Assembly: GCA_964035545.1 (NCBI GenBank) | Contig: OZ037766.1 | Coordinates: 21,812,767-21,876,766 of the forward strand | DNA from: Bugula neritina | Taxonomy: Eukaryota; Animalia; Bryozoa | Direction of reading: 5' to 3' | Length of the DNA stretch: 64,000 nucleotides | Shown here: positions 1 through 12,438 of the stretch, piece after piece | How the letters are laid out: the number at the start of each line of letters is the position of its first letter | How positions within the stretch are numbered: the stretch's first letter is position 1 | Made by a program: the position numbers and the translations under genes | Notes under the pieces: generated by a model | Told to the model about the DNA's origin: nothing | Databases searched by the model: none | What the model saw: the letters and a program-made list of their open reading frames with translations, nothing else

Positions 1-169
1 ATGTACTGATTCAACAGGTCAAAACTGCTAAGACAGGTTTTAGGTTTTGTGTTCTTGTCTCAGCCTATTTAATTTATAGTATCATTTTATAGCAAGTAAT
101 GTGAAAAATCATAGATGCTACATAAGATTGATGAACTTGATTTATGATCATGAAATTGCTTTTATCTAG

Positions 170-750
170 TAGTAGTACTACTACTAACGTAATACTACTA
201 CTGTAGTATTAATAATAGTAATAGTAATACTAGTAGTAGTAGTACTACTACTACTAGTATTAGTAATACTACAGAGTTGAGAGTACAGACTATTACTAAT
301 AGTATTAGTATTACTACTAGTACTAGTTCTAGTAATCAGTAATGCCGGTAGTTGGTGTTACTAGTTTAAGTTGAGCTTTTATAATTTTATTTAATTTTAA
401 TAAAACTCAATAATTATAAGTTTTATCCTCATCATCCACCATTTCAGTGACTTTCAGTTAGACTTAGTCTTACTCTTACAGTTTGAGTTACTCTTAGTCT
501 CACTCTTACTCTTAGAGTTAGTGAGTGTCAATCAATCATTGAATTCACAATTACTACTAGTACAAGTAGTACTATTAGTATTACTATTAGTATAAGTATT
601 AGTAATACCAATGATTGGTATTCGTATTTATTATTTATATTACTATTACTATTAGTATTAGTATCAGTATGAGTATTACATTTACTATTAGTATTAGTAT
701 TACTACTAGTAGTACTAGTAGTAGTGTTACTGTTAGTGTTACTGTTGAAC
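170..750. repeat. Low-complexity AT-rich region (TAG/TAC/TAGTAT/CTTAGT-like short repeats)
   Basis: Degenerate tagtag/tactac/agtatt runs. ORFs 615-815 and 635-826 are compositional artefacts. Confidence 0.7.
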
Positions 751-759
751 TTAATGGAA

Positions 760-2490
760 CCTTTGGCCTTACCAATGACGAAATTGATTTAAGTTTAGGT
801 TTGACTTCAGCTTGAGTTTCAGCCATGATGATGACAAATAGTTTAATACAATCACTTGAATTTGACGTTGTCTAGTAATAGTATTTGACAGCAATAAATT
901 GGAATACAGTTCAACGAGTGTACAGTAGCCGAAATAAGGGTTGGAGCGCGCTTATGCCGCTAGTGACTCTATGGTGGTGGTGGCGGCGGTAGAAGGATGT
1001 GCTCGCAATATGTATAAAATGTATAACTGAGTCAAAACCAATGGGCCAAAATCAGCGTGGTGTTTTCACGCCCTTAAACTATTCGGTCAAAGCGCGCTTG
1101 AATACCCAAACAGGGAGAAACACATTGGATAGCTTCCTGCTTTTTAAGCAGTCTCCATTGAAATAATTGACAAGTCATACGTTTTGACTTGTTGTAGGAG
1201 TTGTGTCACCACATAACCCACCCAGCACTTGCATGTAGGAAGCAACATGATAGAGGCTATAAGATTGTTATAAAATGTAGTAAGCACTACAATATGGTGT
1301 TTCAAGACTAGATGATAAGTATGTGATTGCATATTGTAGTGAATTTTGCCAGTTCACTATTATTATTTGTGGGTCTACTTAATCAAAGCCACTGCGACAG
1401 GTTGTTTACGATAAGATACTTTATTATTTACACAAATACAAGAAGGTTATTTACTGCTAGCATGAATAGAAAACGATTACATAATTAGTGAGCTTTAATA
1501 CACAACTGTTCTAAATGAAGTCCCAAGCTGCTCTGCCGGCTAGCTACTCAGCGCACTGCAACTACGAGTAGCTAGCTCCACCTGCTATCAATTAGTGTGA
1601 CTGTCCTGATTATCTAGCGTTAGTGGTGCCACTGTCGACTGTAAGATATTGTCGGGTAACCGTCTACGCCGAGTCGTCTCTGTCGCTACTAATTAACTCC
1701 ATCACCATAAGCATAACACTAGCATCTGCTACTAAGCAGCTAACTGTCAGTGCAAACCATCTACGCCTCCTACAGTTGTTGATTCCATTTAACTAGTCTT
1801 GCCTTGTTTAACTGCGTGCATTAGTAGCTAGCAATAATTGTCCAGCAGATTGTACGCATTCCAATTGTCAGCTATTATGATAATTGATCTCCAGTACTTA
1901 TAGCCATTATGCCAAGCGTATAGAGAGTAAGCCACAAAGAGTTATCCTTTCGATAATAACATAATCTGAAATCCATTACAATATACTAACCATACCAGGC
2001 CTGTATAATATATATTTTGTTTCACTATTACATCTAGTAGGAGTGCATTGAAATTCAGTATTTTGTGTTCTAAAGCCTTTGTGTATTTTTGTTATAGTGT
2101 TAACAGTGTGACATCTGTTTAAGTTTTTGCATGTTATTATGGAATGAGTCCCTTTAGATTTTTATATGGATTTAGACGATTGTTCACCTATTCTTGCATA
2201 TTGTTATTGTTTTATCTTCTTATAAGTCACTTTGTGCGAGTTTGTGTGTGGTAGTGTATGTGTATGATGGTGCATATGTGATTTTTATGTTATTTCATAG
2301 ATTGTTGTCAAATCTGTACAATGTAATACTTGTGTTAACATCATGCTACGCAGGGCAAGAAGGAGTAGAAAAGCATTGGGTGGTGGAATGCGACAAGCTG
2401 GAGTCTTGGCTGGAGCAGCAATTATGTATGCCTTAAACAACCATGTTGAAATACTGAAGGAGCATCATGATAACACAACTACAGCATGTA
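760..2490 (+). pseudogene. Internally deleted duplicate of the threonine aldolase locus (upstream region plus one exon)
   Basis: 760-1105 aligns with 12530-12832 (gccttaccaatga..tttaagtttaggtttgacttc..). 2100-2280 aligns with 26270-26410. 2281-2490 aligns with 30515-30726 and includes an exon-7 copy reading [41 protein letters not shown]. No copies of exons 1-6 seen. Confidence 0.8.
1335..1980 (-). mobile_element. Solo LTR (Gypsy-like), about 646 bp
   Basis: TG...CA termini with ATAT on both sides (1331-1334, 1981-1984). On the minus strand it starts TGTAATGGATT and ends AAAATTCACTACA, resembling the element 1 LTR termini (TGTAATGGGATT...AAAACTCACAACA). AATAAA lies near the minus-strand 3' end. 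Confidence 0.7.
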
Positions 2491-4625
2491 AGTTACTTGA
2501 TTAATTAAACTACACAATGCATAGCAGTTCATCATATCTCAGAGTATGGTGTTGCACTAGTTAAAGAAAATGCAAGCAGACAATTGCAGACAAACGCTTT
2601 GTATCATAAACCAAACTTGTTGTCTTCTAGTAATTGACATAATATGTAGTTGGTAAGCTCAGTGTCTGCAGTTACATCTGTATTTAAATGTTGTACAATA
2701 GCATGTTATCATCTGTGTTTGCTGTGTTATTACTAATGTTAGTAGCTGGAAATGATCTGAGAACGGTATTTTATTAAAAAATTTAAAAAGTTTCATGAAT
2801 GACTTAGCTTTATTAGAATAGAAGAGATTCGTGACATTCAACTTCATAAAAATTTAAAAAACATGGTGAAGAAAATTACAAAGAATTATGAGAAAAAACA
2901 TCTAAAACCATACAGTTGTGAAAACTACAAAATAAAAATGCATTTATGAAATTGAAACTATTACAGAAAGCATGGCTAAGCCTCATATAAGGCTTCATCA
3001 AGCGAATATCCTTATGGGAACATCTCTCTCAATTCTGATATCTCTGCTCCATGTGTCATTAGCCGCTCCCACTTCTTTGTCTCTTGATTGTAAGCAAATT
3101 TGAAAAATGTAGGCGTAGCTGCTACCCCATACTTAGCTGCTACATCCTAAACACCATCAAACAGCACCCATCATTATCCAATCTCAAAATGTAATACATG
3201 TCAACAATAGAAACATTCTAAATTACAATCAAACTAGATGAATCTTGCTGCACCTATCATAAAAAAATTGCCTTAAAATAAATATAAACTATAGTAAACT
3301 TGGATTTATACATGCAGAATTAAATTTGAAATGTATTTATATATTGTCAGTGATGTTATTTTACATTGTGATTTAATGAAATAAATAAACATATAATTGA
3401 AAATATATTTACCTCACATTCGTCTATGTCACATTTTACTGCCATGATATTATTAATATGTTCTGAAGCCAATTCCTAAAATAAAGAGATTAAGATGATT
3501 TAGTCTCACAACTTTATAGCAAACATGACTAAACTAACTTCAAGATTGTACTACAACTATATACGTGTAACAAAGCGCAAAATTAACAAGTTATAGTAGT
3601 AGAAATTATTTGATATGAAATAGGCCCATATTGTAAAAAAAATTTTCAATCTTTTAATAATCTATATGATATGGATTATTTTTGTTTGGTATATCTTTGA
3701 CAGTTGACAAATTATAATTTAAATTAAACTAAAAAATGATCTTCAACTTTGCACTATGCTCATGTTGAAAACCAAACTTAAAAGGAAGCACAGAGAGTGC
3801 AAAGTAACTATTATACTGAATACGGAGTTAGGCGTTTACTGTAAGCCAATAGTTGAATAAAAAATCAGTCAAGTGGTAAAATTATGAGCACAACTAGTTA
3901 TAATTCTAGTAATCCAAATGCCTCAAAAGTTGTCAATTGACCATACACTCTGGCATATTATGTTTTCAACATAATCAGGGGTATATGACTCAGGTAACAA
4001 GAATTGCTTAGCGAATTCAATCATATCTAAATACTCACTTCGTAATGTGGATCCATAATTTTACAATGTTCACACCAAGGGGTATAAAAGTATACGATGA
4101 GACTTGATTTCTTGGCTTTGGCATTCTCCAGTATCTCCTCCCACTCGGCCTTAAAAACCAACAACATAATTTAAAAAAAAACCTATAAGCAAAAGTGTGC
4201 AATGCTATTAACTTATCCTGGTAAGATTAGTATCTACTTGGAATATATCACAAAACCAATATGGTTCTAAATCATGGTGGTCACAGTATACATAGAAATT
4301 ATAGCTGTTTCCGGGAAAATTTTAATTACTGAAAGTATGATAATAAAGTAAAATTTTAAAGGAATGAACTTGGATTGCAAATATAGTTTTTAACTTTATA
4401 GTTAAGCTTCAGCAAGCCTTTTCTAATTAAAATAAAGTGGCTTGTTCTACCTTTAGAAAGTGATGTGTTTTAATGTTGTGTACTGATTTGGATTTCAAAA
4501 TTGACACACAAGAACTAAAAAATACTCTAAATGTTTTTACAACTATTTAAATGCCTGCACTTCCTATTCATCATGTTATGATATCTTTTTATATTCAGCC
4601 TTGGGCAATAAAATATTAGTAATAG

Positions 4626-4967
4626 TGTAATGGGATTACGTAGTACAATAATGGATTTGTCTCCTCCTGTTTGGGAATACTTATAAAAATGTTCTACTAT
4701 CCAATCAGAAAGACCGGAAGGCAAGGTTCCGGTCAAGTGACTGTTCGCGGGTTAGCTAGCAGAAACCATGTTGTTGAGAGCAGGGGCTCGTAGTAGCTAG
4801 ACGTGTTTATAATTGATTGATGTACTGTGGTTTTGACATACTGTTATAATTATGTTTATCGAGTTAAATAAAGGTTATCGTAGCAAGCTCTGTTAGTAAT
4901 TGCTAGTTAAATTGAAACTAAATACGCAGGCAATCCACGCTTGATGATTGTGCTAAAACTCACAACA
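4626..4967 (+). repeat. 5' LTR of element 1
   Basis: Direct repeat of 11299-11641; contains AATAAA. Confidence 0.95.
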
Positions 4968-4968
4968 G

Positions 4969-4986
4969 TGGTGGCAGCGGTGGGAT
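4969..4986 (+). promoter_or_regulatory. Primer-binding site, tRNA-Leu
   Basis: TGGTGGCAGCGGTGGGAT one base after the LTR; complementary to the 3' end of eukaryotic tRNA-Leu (...AUCCCACCGCUGCCACCA). Confidence 0.9.
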
Positions 4987-5023
4987 TTCGCGTATTTCAA
5001 GAGACAATGGAAAGACGGAGAAC

Positions 5024-8000
5024 ATGACAGAGCACACAACAAAACACCCGGGAGGTAAGCCAGCCAGTTTCTTGCATATGGAGGAGGTGTATAGAAGTAA
5101 ACTGACCGCTCCCACCTTCACGGGTGTAGAAGACGTAGAGCAATTCATTGAAGAATTCCACGATGTAGCGAATGTCACTCAATGGCCGCCACAAGTAGCC
5201 CTCGTCAAGCTGCGGGAAGTATTGACGGAGCGCGCTAGACCGTTTGGACAAGGACGGAGCGTGGCGGATATATTCACTACACTACGGAGCTGTTTTGGCA
5301 CCCCCGCTCTGGAAGCCAGAGCCCGTCTACAAGTGCTACGCCAGGCGGAAGGCACTCCGCTCCGCGACCACGTTGCCTTATTGAAGAGGCTGGCGCGGAG
5401 CGCGTACAGTGACCTGCCAGAAGCACACAGACGGAACTTTACTCTCATTGACTTTATGCAATCCCTAAAAGATGTGGGTCTTTGCCATCAGCTACAGGCA
5501 AAGGGAGTGACCACTCTAGAAAGTGCCCTGCAAGTCGGAGAAGACTACCTCCGGGCAGAACGGTTACATACAGGGAAACCAGAAAGCACACAAGTCACCG
5601 CGGAGACAACCCAATCACTCGGAGGGAAGATGGGCCAACTGAGTACCAGGCTGAAACAGATGGCCAAGACTCTTACCAATGCCGGGCCCTCTAACCAAGG
5701 ACAAAAGAGAAAGACTACCCGGAGTGAGAGCAACAACCAGCCAGGGCCTCCCCGCCCCAGAGACCTCCAACCCAGGAAAAGAGAACAACCCCAGGTATGG
5801 CAGAAACCACGACGGACCACCCGCCCTACTGGGCGACAGGAGCCGTTCGTGCTACCACTCACCAACCGCTTTAGCCAGCTACCGGAGACGGAGCTGGCCG
5901 GCGAGGTCCCTCGGGACATCGGAAGGGAACTAAACACCCCTCCGCCGAAGAAGCGGCACCCGCCTACCACCAAACGGACACCACGCCGTTTGACCGAGGC
6001 TACGCATGCTGGGGAAGTAAGGTTGCAGCCACATGGGGAAAGCTACTTCCTGCCCGGGAAGGTAGCCGGCAAGGGCGTTACGTTCTTGCTGGACTCCGGT
6101 TGCAACACGAATCTCCTCAGCCGACGAGTCTTCGATGCCCTCCCTGCTCAGGTGAGGAAGGGGTTAGCTCCCTACACCAGGGAACCTGGCACCCTCGCAG
6201 ACGGGTCGTGTATCCCTTTCTACGGTGTTGTAGAGCTGCCTGGTCGCGTCCGCGACCAGGCTATCCAAGAAACATTTATCCTCAGCCAGCTGGAAGAGGA
6301 TGCTATCCTGGGGACGCCGTTCTTGAAACGACACCAGTGCCACATGGACTTCCATAAGTCCACCATACTAATGGCAGGCCGGGAGCTCTCTTGTGTCGAC
6401 AAGTTCGGTCGCTCCCTGGTCGGGGGCGTGCAGGTGGTCCGTAACTGTACGGTACCCGGCCGCTCCCGGGCGACCATTCACTGCAGAGTGAATGACCGCC
6501 AGCTCTCTGGATTAGGGGTTGTCGAAGGAACGCACCAGAGAATCCAACTCGCCAGCAGCTTAAATCGGCTGACTGACCGGGGGGGGAGATCTTGGTGCAG
6601 TGCGTCAACCCCTTTTCAGAGTCAGTGACACTATCGTCTGGATCCCTATTGGGCCGTTTCCACACGGTCCAAGAGGGAGACATAGGACCTTCGCTGGGCG
6701 AAGCGACGGAGGGTCCCCAAGAGCGCCTGTCTGTACGGCGGGGGACCGTCCCGGAACACGTCCAGGAACTATACCAGTCAGCCTGTGAAGGCTGTGCGGG
6801 CAACAAGGAGCCCCAGGCTATGGCCCAGTTGCTGCGCCAGTATGGGGACGTGTTCAGCAGCGGAGACCAGGACATGGGCTCAACCAAAGCCGTCCGTCAC
6901 GGGATACCGCTAGCTGCCGGGACTTTGCCTATCCGCCAACCTACCCGGAGACTGGGACCAGAGAAGGAGAAGGAGGTCAGCCGACAAGTCCGGGATCTTC
7001 TGGACCGCGGCATCGTAGAGCCTGCACATAGTGCGTGGAGCTCGCCGGTCGTCCTGGTCCGGAAGAAAGACGGCAGTTGGCGGTTCTGTGTGGATTACCG
7101 CAAACTTAACAGCGTAACCATACAGGACGCCTACCCTCTACCTCGGATCGATGAATCCCTGGACGCCTTAGCCGGCAGCAAGTACTTCAGTACTTTAGAC
7201 TTGCTGAGCGGTTACTGGCAAGTCCCCCTCAGTCCCGACGCCCAGGAAAAAGCGGCGTTCATCACCAGGGACGGGCTGTGGAAGTGGAAGGTACTGCCCT
7301 TCGGGTTAACCTCTGCTCCTGCCACCTTCCAGCGGCTCATAGAACAGGTCCTCAGCGGCCTCCACTGGAAGACGCTGCTCGTCTACCTCGACGACGGCAT
7401 CGTGATCTCCCCAGACTTCGCGACCCACATCAGTCGTCTGAGGGAGGTCTTCGAACGACTCCGAGGTGCCGGTCTCAAGCTTAAACCTTCCAAATGCGCT
7501 CTCTTGCAGCCGGAGGTGAAGTACCTGGGGCACGTAGTCGGCCGTAATGGCATGGCGACGGACCCCGATAAGGTGCGAGCTGTGGCCGACTGGGTCACCC
7601 CCCAGGATTTGACCGGACTCCGGGCTTTCCTGGGGCTGGTAGGGTATTACAGATAATACATACCAGACTTTGCGGGAGTTGCACAGCCGTTAAATCGGCT
7701 CACCGCAAAGGGGGTGGCCTGGCAGTGGACACCAGTCGAACAGAGGGCATTCGACAGTCTCAAGAGCCGCTTGCTAGAGGCTCCAATTCTGGCCTACCCA
7801 GACCCCGCTCTGGAATATATCCTTGACACAGACACCAGTGACCAGAATGTTGGTGCTGTGCTGTCGCAAGTGCAAAAGGGCCGTGAAGTAGTCGTAGCTT
7901 ACTACAGCAAATCACTCTCACCTCCAGAGCGCAATTACTGCACCACTCGCAAAGAGTTGTTGGCAGTAATCAAGTCAGTGAAACACTTCCGGCCTTATCT

Positions 8001-10302
8001 CTACGGTAGGCCGTTCCGCTTGCGGACGGACCACGCCTCCTTGATCTGGCTGTGTAAGAGGGCTGAACCGTCCAGTCAAGTCGCCCCATGGCTCGAAGTC
8101 CTAGCCGAGTTTTCATACCGGATCGAACATCGACCCGGTAGGAAACACGGCAATGCGGACGGACTGAGTCGGCGGCCGGACGAGGGGTGCAAACAGTGTC
8201 ACAACATCGAGAGAAGGGACGGGGGTCCTCCAAGATCCGAGTTGGAGACACTGGACCACCCTGGAGTGAGCTACGACTGGGACCAAGGTCAACTCAAGCC
8301 AAGGAGTCCTGACCCACCGGAGGCTGTCAACAACCTCCGCGCCAATCCTGTCTTAGCTCGTAATGTCAGAGAGCTGCAGAAACTCCAGGAGGACCTCCCT
8401 GGGGTGGTAGCCGACGTATATCGAGCTAAACGGGAAGGGCGACGACCCAGCGAAGAACAGCTGCGGCAGGGGTGCGCCGAGTTACGGCTGTACTGCCAAC
8501 GCTGGGACTCCCTGCGGATCGGGCCAGATGGTCTGCTGACCATCACCTTGGCCGCCGACCAGGGACACCCTGGTCGAGAAAGGGTGATCTGCCCAACCGC
8601 CATGCGCCGGGAGCTAGTATGGGACACTCACCGACAGGCTCACGCCGGAATTCGGAGGGTGCTTACCAAGCTAAGGCTCCGGTGGTATTGGCCCCAAATG
8701 GAGCGTGACGTCCGACTAAGGATCAAACAATGCGAAGTCTGCCAGGCCAGCAAGCATGGCCGTCTTCCTAGGGAGGCGGGACGGCGTAGGCTCTATGCTG
8801 GCAGGCCCTGGCAGGTGGTAGCTGTTGACTTGGTCGGACCCATGCCCCTCACCCCCAGAGGAAACAGCTGGATTCTAGTGTTGACCGACCACTTCACTAG
8901 GTGGGCAGACGCACTGGCTATCCCAGACGCGTCTGCCCCGACAGTGGCCAGCACACTAGACCAGCGTGTATTCTGCTACTTTGGGTTGCCCGAGCAACTA
9001 CACTCGGACCAGGGGTCGCAATTCCAGTCTCAACTGATGAGCGATCTCTGCCGCCTCTGGGGAGTAAACCAAAGTAGGACCACTCCATACCACCCTCAAG
9101 GTAACGGAGTGGTCGAACGCAACAACCGGATGCTGGGCGACGCACTCCGTAGTCTATTACTCGGCCGAGGCCAGGAGGAATGGGATCTCGTGTTGCCACA
9201 GGTTACGAGGGCCTATCGCAGTGCGCCCCATACCAGCACCGGCGAGACCCCCAACTTCTTGACCTTCGGTCGTGAGACACGAGTGCCCGACCACCTCGCC
9301 TATCACATTCCAGAACCAGAATACTCTGTCCACGAGTACGCTGGGGAAGTGGTAGAGCGTCTGAGAGTCGCACACGAAATACTGCGAGATAAGCAGTGGC
9401 AGGTGCGACAGGAAGACGCTGATGAACCACCCCTCTACCAGACCGGAGACTGGGTCTGGATGATCAACTACCGTAGGCGTCGAGGACAGGCGGCTAAACT
9501 ACAGCCTAAGTTCGTAGGACCCTACGTAGTAGTTGAGGTGATGCCCAATCACACTTACAAGTTGGAGCGGTCTGGACAAATATCTGTCCAGAATGAAGCC
9601 CGCTTGAAACCCTATTGGGCTAGCCCAGGTGCGGCCGGGGGTGCCCCCCCATTGTTAGAGCCCAGGAGGCAGACAACAATGCGCGGGCGGCGGCGGCATA
9701 AACCCAATGATGAGTGGGTCATGCCACGGACAGAAGACTTGGCAAGACAAGAGAGGCCACCTCCCCCGACGGGGCCGCGCCCTCTGCTTCCAGAGCCAAG
9801 CCGTCCGGCCCCAGGACTACCACCACCACTTCCGGAACTAAATATACTTCCGAAAGTGCAAAACCCCCCCACGGGAGGGGCTCCGTCCGGAGAGAACATA
9901 GGGGAAGAGAGAATGACAGCTGACGGGAGGCAGGAAGCACCACCAGTGGAGAATAACAACCCACTGGTGAGTACACCACCTCCCTCACCAGCTACACCAC
10001 CTTCCCCGGCGTCTACCACTAGTACATCTCCCCCCCTTGAAAGGGGACAACGTACTAGAAGACCACCAGCTTATCTTCAAGACTTCGTATGCGACCGCAT
10101 TACAAGCGGCAGGTATGAAAGTCCAGCTGGGCGCCGTACGGAAAGACTGACAGCAAAGCGTGGGAATTGTGAATATCACGGAAAAACCAAGTTTTGCGAA
10201 AACGGTATTACCACTCTCCGGGCACATAGTTCCGGTCTCGCACAACAAACACGCTGCCCAGCCTTCTCCTACGCCGACGCGGTCAAGAGTAGATGTACGT
10301 AG
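5024..10302 (+). pseudogene. Gag-Pol polyprotein of element 1 (disrupted)
   Basis: Gag then aspartic protease (FLLDSGC) in ORF 5024-6628. Frameshift in the G-run near 6579-6587. RT (YPLPRID, LPFGL, YLDD) 6592-7656. Premature TAA at 7654-7656 (CAA in element 2). RNase H, HHCC zinc finger, DDE integrase and GPY motif in 7714-10302. Confidence 0.93.
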
Positions 10303-10350
10303 AAATCATAAACATACCACTCTCTCTCCTCCTTGGATAACAGACCGGAA

Positions 10351-11022
10351 ATGGACAACGGACTGCCCGCGGTGCTGCGTCGAAGACATAGATGGGTGTC
10401 GCGACGGACAGAGCGGCAAATTGAAGAAGCCTGGGGACCGAGTAGGTCACAACATACCTGCCATGTGTGTTACGAAGAGCTTCCCTCACACCAAGGACTA
10501 CGGCTGCGTGTGAATGCACACTTCCTGCTACGTTTCTGTCCGTGTAGATTTCACGACGTATACCCCTACCCCGTCGTGGCTCATATGATGGACTGTTTCG
10601 CAGGCGAAGGCTATGTAGTGGACGCGGACAACTACGATGAATACCTAGAAGCGGTCAAACCAATGGTTAAGAAGGCTTTAACCTGGGCCGCATTATCCTC
10701 CGGATTTTATACATTGCTAACAGCCGCACGTCAAAAGTCCCCTATGGTGAAAACGGTCGCCGCAATCATACCGCGGCTAGACAATACCCCTATGGAAGCA
10801 TCAGACTCTCCAGAAGAAGCGACGCCAACCCCAACCAGGCCTACCCGACTAGCAACCGTCGAAGAAAGACTCTCACGGTTACAGGATGAACTCACCCAGT
10901 TGGCTCCCGACCTACTCAGTACCACCATGGGCCTTAGTGAATTGAAGGGCTCAGTAGGACGTCTAAAGCGTAGACTACGTGCACGGCAGGCACGACACCG
11001 GATCGAATCCCTACGAAAGTAG
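10351..11022 (+). CDS. Gypsy accessory ORF3 (zinc-finger plus coiled-coil protein, function unknown)
   Basis: Open frame after the integrase stop, ATG at 10351. Homologous to ORF 19559-20380 (LRRRxRWVS, CxxC..VNAH, FCPC..DVYPYPV, RLATVEERL..LAPDLL). Confidence 0.75.
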   Translation: MDNGLPAVLRRRHRWVSRRTERQIEEAWGPSRSQHTCHVCYEELPSHQGLRLRVNAHFLLRFCPCRFHDVYPYPVVAHMMDCFAGEGYVVDADNYDEYLEAVKPMVKKALTWAALSSGFYTLLTAARQKSPMVKTVAAIIPRLDNTPMEASDSPEEATPTPTRPTRLATVEERLSRLQDELTQLAPDLLSTTMGLSELKGSVGRLKRRLRARQARHRIESLRK

Positions 11023-11298
11023 GAGCTGACAGTTGACAATTCCATCCCACATGTTCCCGGGATACTACGTTGTGATCGTGTAAATGCTTGACTGCTAATG
11101 ACCTACGATCCAGGACTCTCTCTTCATAGCTGGCCAGTTGTACGCTGGCTATCCGTATCTTACTTATATATCATATATGTCGTACGTTTGGTATTTCTTT
11201 TCTTTTTCTTTGTGGATTTTCTTGACTTATGTTATTTTTGCATTATTATACTACTTTTGTTTTTATCAGAAAGTAGGGCTTTCTGCTGGTGGGGGCGG

Positions 11299-11641
11299 TG
11301 TAATGGGATTACGTAGTACAATAATGGATTTGTCTCCTCCTGTTTGGGAATACTTATAACTATGTTCTACTATCCAATCAGAAAGACCGGAAGGCAAGGT
11401 TCCGGTCAAGTGACTGTTCGCGGGTTAGCTAGCAAAAACCATGTTGTTGAGAGCAGGGGCTCGTAGTAGCTAGACGTGTTTATAATTGATTGATGTACTG
11501 TGGTTTTGACATACTGTTATAATTATGTTTATCGAGTTAAATAAAGGTTATCATACGCAAGCTCTGTTAGTAATTGCTAGTTAAATTGAAACTAAATATG
11601 CAGGCAATCCACGCTTGATAATTGTGCTAAAACTCACAACA
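11299..11641 (+). repeat. 3' LTR of element 1
   Basis: Direct repeat of 4626-4967, preceded by the G-rich tract TGGTGGGGGCGG. Confidence 0.95.
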
Positions 11642-11824
11642 ATAGCCACCACTAATTATAGTTAAAACCATCATGATCATAAGATTTAAGAATGAGGTAT
11701 TAGTTTTTAAAGTTAAATAAATTAAAATATAAGTTTAAAGTAAACTTCAACTTCAAGTGTAGGTTTAAGTTATATCATCACCTGTTACTGCTAGATAAAA
11801 GTAATTAACACAAGGGCAGTGGCG

Positions 11825-12180
11825 GCAGCAGCAGCTGGAATACTTGACTGGACTGTTCATGAGCTAAAGAACATGGGCAGAAGGACTAGACATTTTATGA
11901 CAATAAATTGTGCACTCCATCCAAGAGCAAATGTGAAGAGGCTGCATGTTAGCAGAAGAGAAGGTAGCAGAGGAATGGCGTACATTAAAGAATCAGAATG
12001 TGTAAGGATTGAAGAATGCAGCATGTTGGATTACATAAAGAGAACATCAGCATGTAATTGTATTGAATATTAATGGAGACGCCACACTCACACTGAATCA
12101 CTTCCTAAAGAACAAAACAGCAGTAGAGCTGAGAAACAAACAAGTGATAAAGAGAACTGATACGTGGAAAGAAAGAATAA
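11825..12180 (+). mobile_element. Degenerate non-LTR retrotransposon fragment (R4/Dong-like)
   Basis: Translation AGILDWT..ELKNMGRRTRHFMT..ALHPRANVKRLHVSRREGSRGM resembles the post-RT 'DRKTRK.MT..ALHP..DV.RLY..R.EGGRGL' segment of R4/Dong LINEs. Confidence 0.7.
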
Positions 12181-12255
12181 TCATTATCATAAATGAACCA
12201 AAGCAAATACAATACAAATATGAAATTGAATATCAAATTTGCAATTGCATTTTCA

Positions 12256-12438
12256 TGATTTTAGGTAAAAATGGCACAGGTAAAATTAGCACAATTGTAA
12301 AATGGCGAACTGATGTCAAAATTTCCCCACCTCCCCCCCCCCCCATTCCAAACCCCCAACCCAAACCCTTTGTGCCATTATTACCTGTGCCATTTTTACC
12401 TGTGTCGTTTTTACTAGTGCCATTTTTACCGGACACCC
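12256..12438 (+). repeat. Short dispersed non-autonomous element (MITE-like)
   Basis: GGTAAAAATGGCAC units inverted against GTGCCATTTTTACC units around a C-rich core. A related inverted copy lies at 41277-41463. Confidence 0.7.

Larger units (their letters stand above)
4626..11641 (+). mobile_element. Ty3/Gypsy LTR retrotransposon, full length, defective (element 1)
   Basis: LTRs 4626-4967 and 11299-11641 (about 7 differences), TG..CA ends, TSD ATAG (4622-4625, 11642-11645), PBS, order gag-PR-RT-RNaseH-IN, plus an extra ORF. Confidence 0.97.

Noticed and set aside
6575-6590. Programmed frameshift between protease and RT in element 1
   Set aside because: It falls in a G homopolymer and element 2 keeps the frame here, so it is a mutation or sequencing error.
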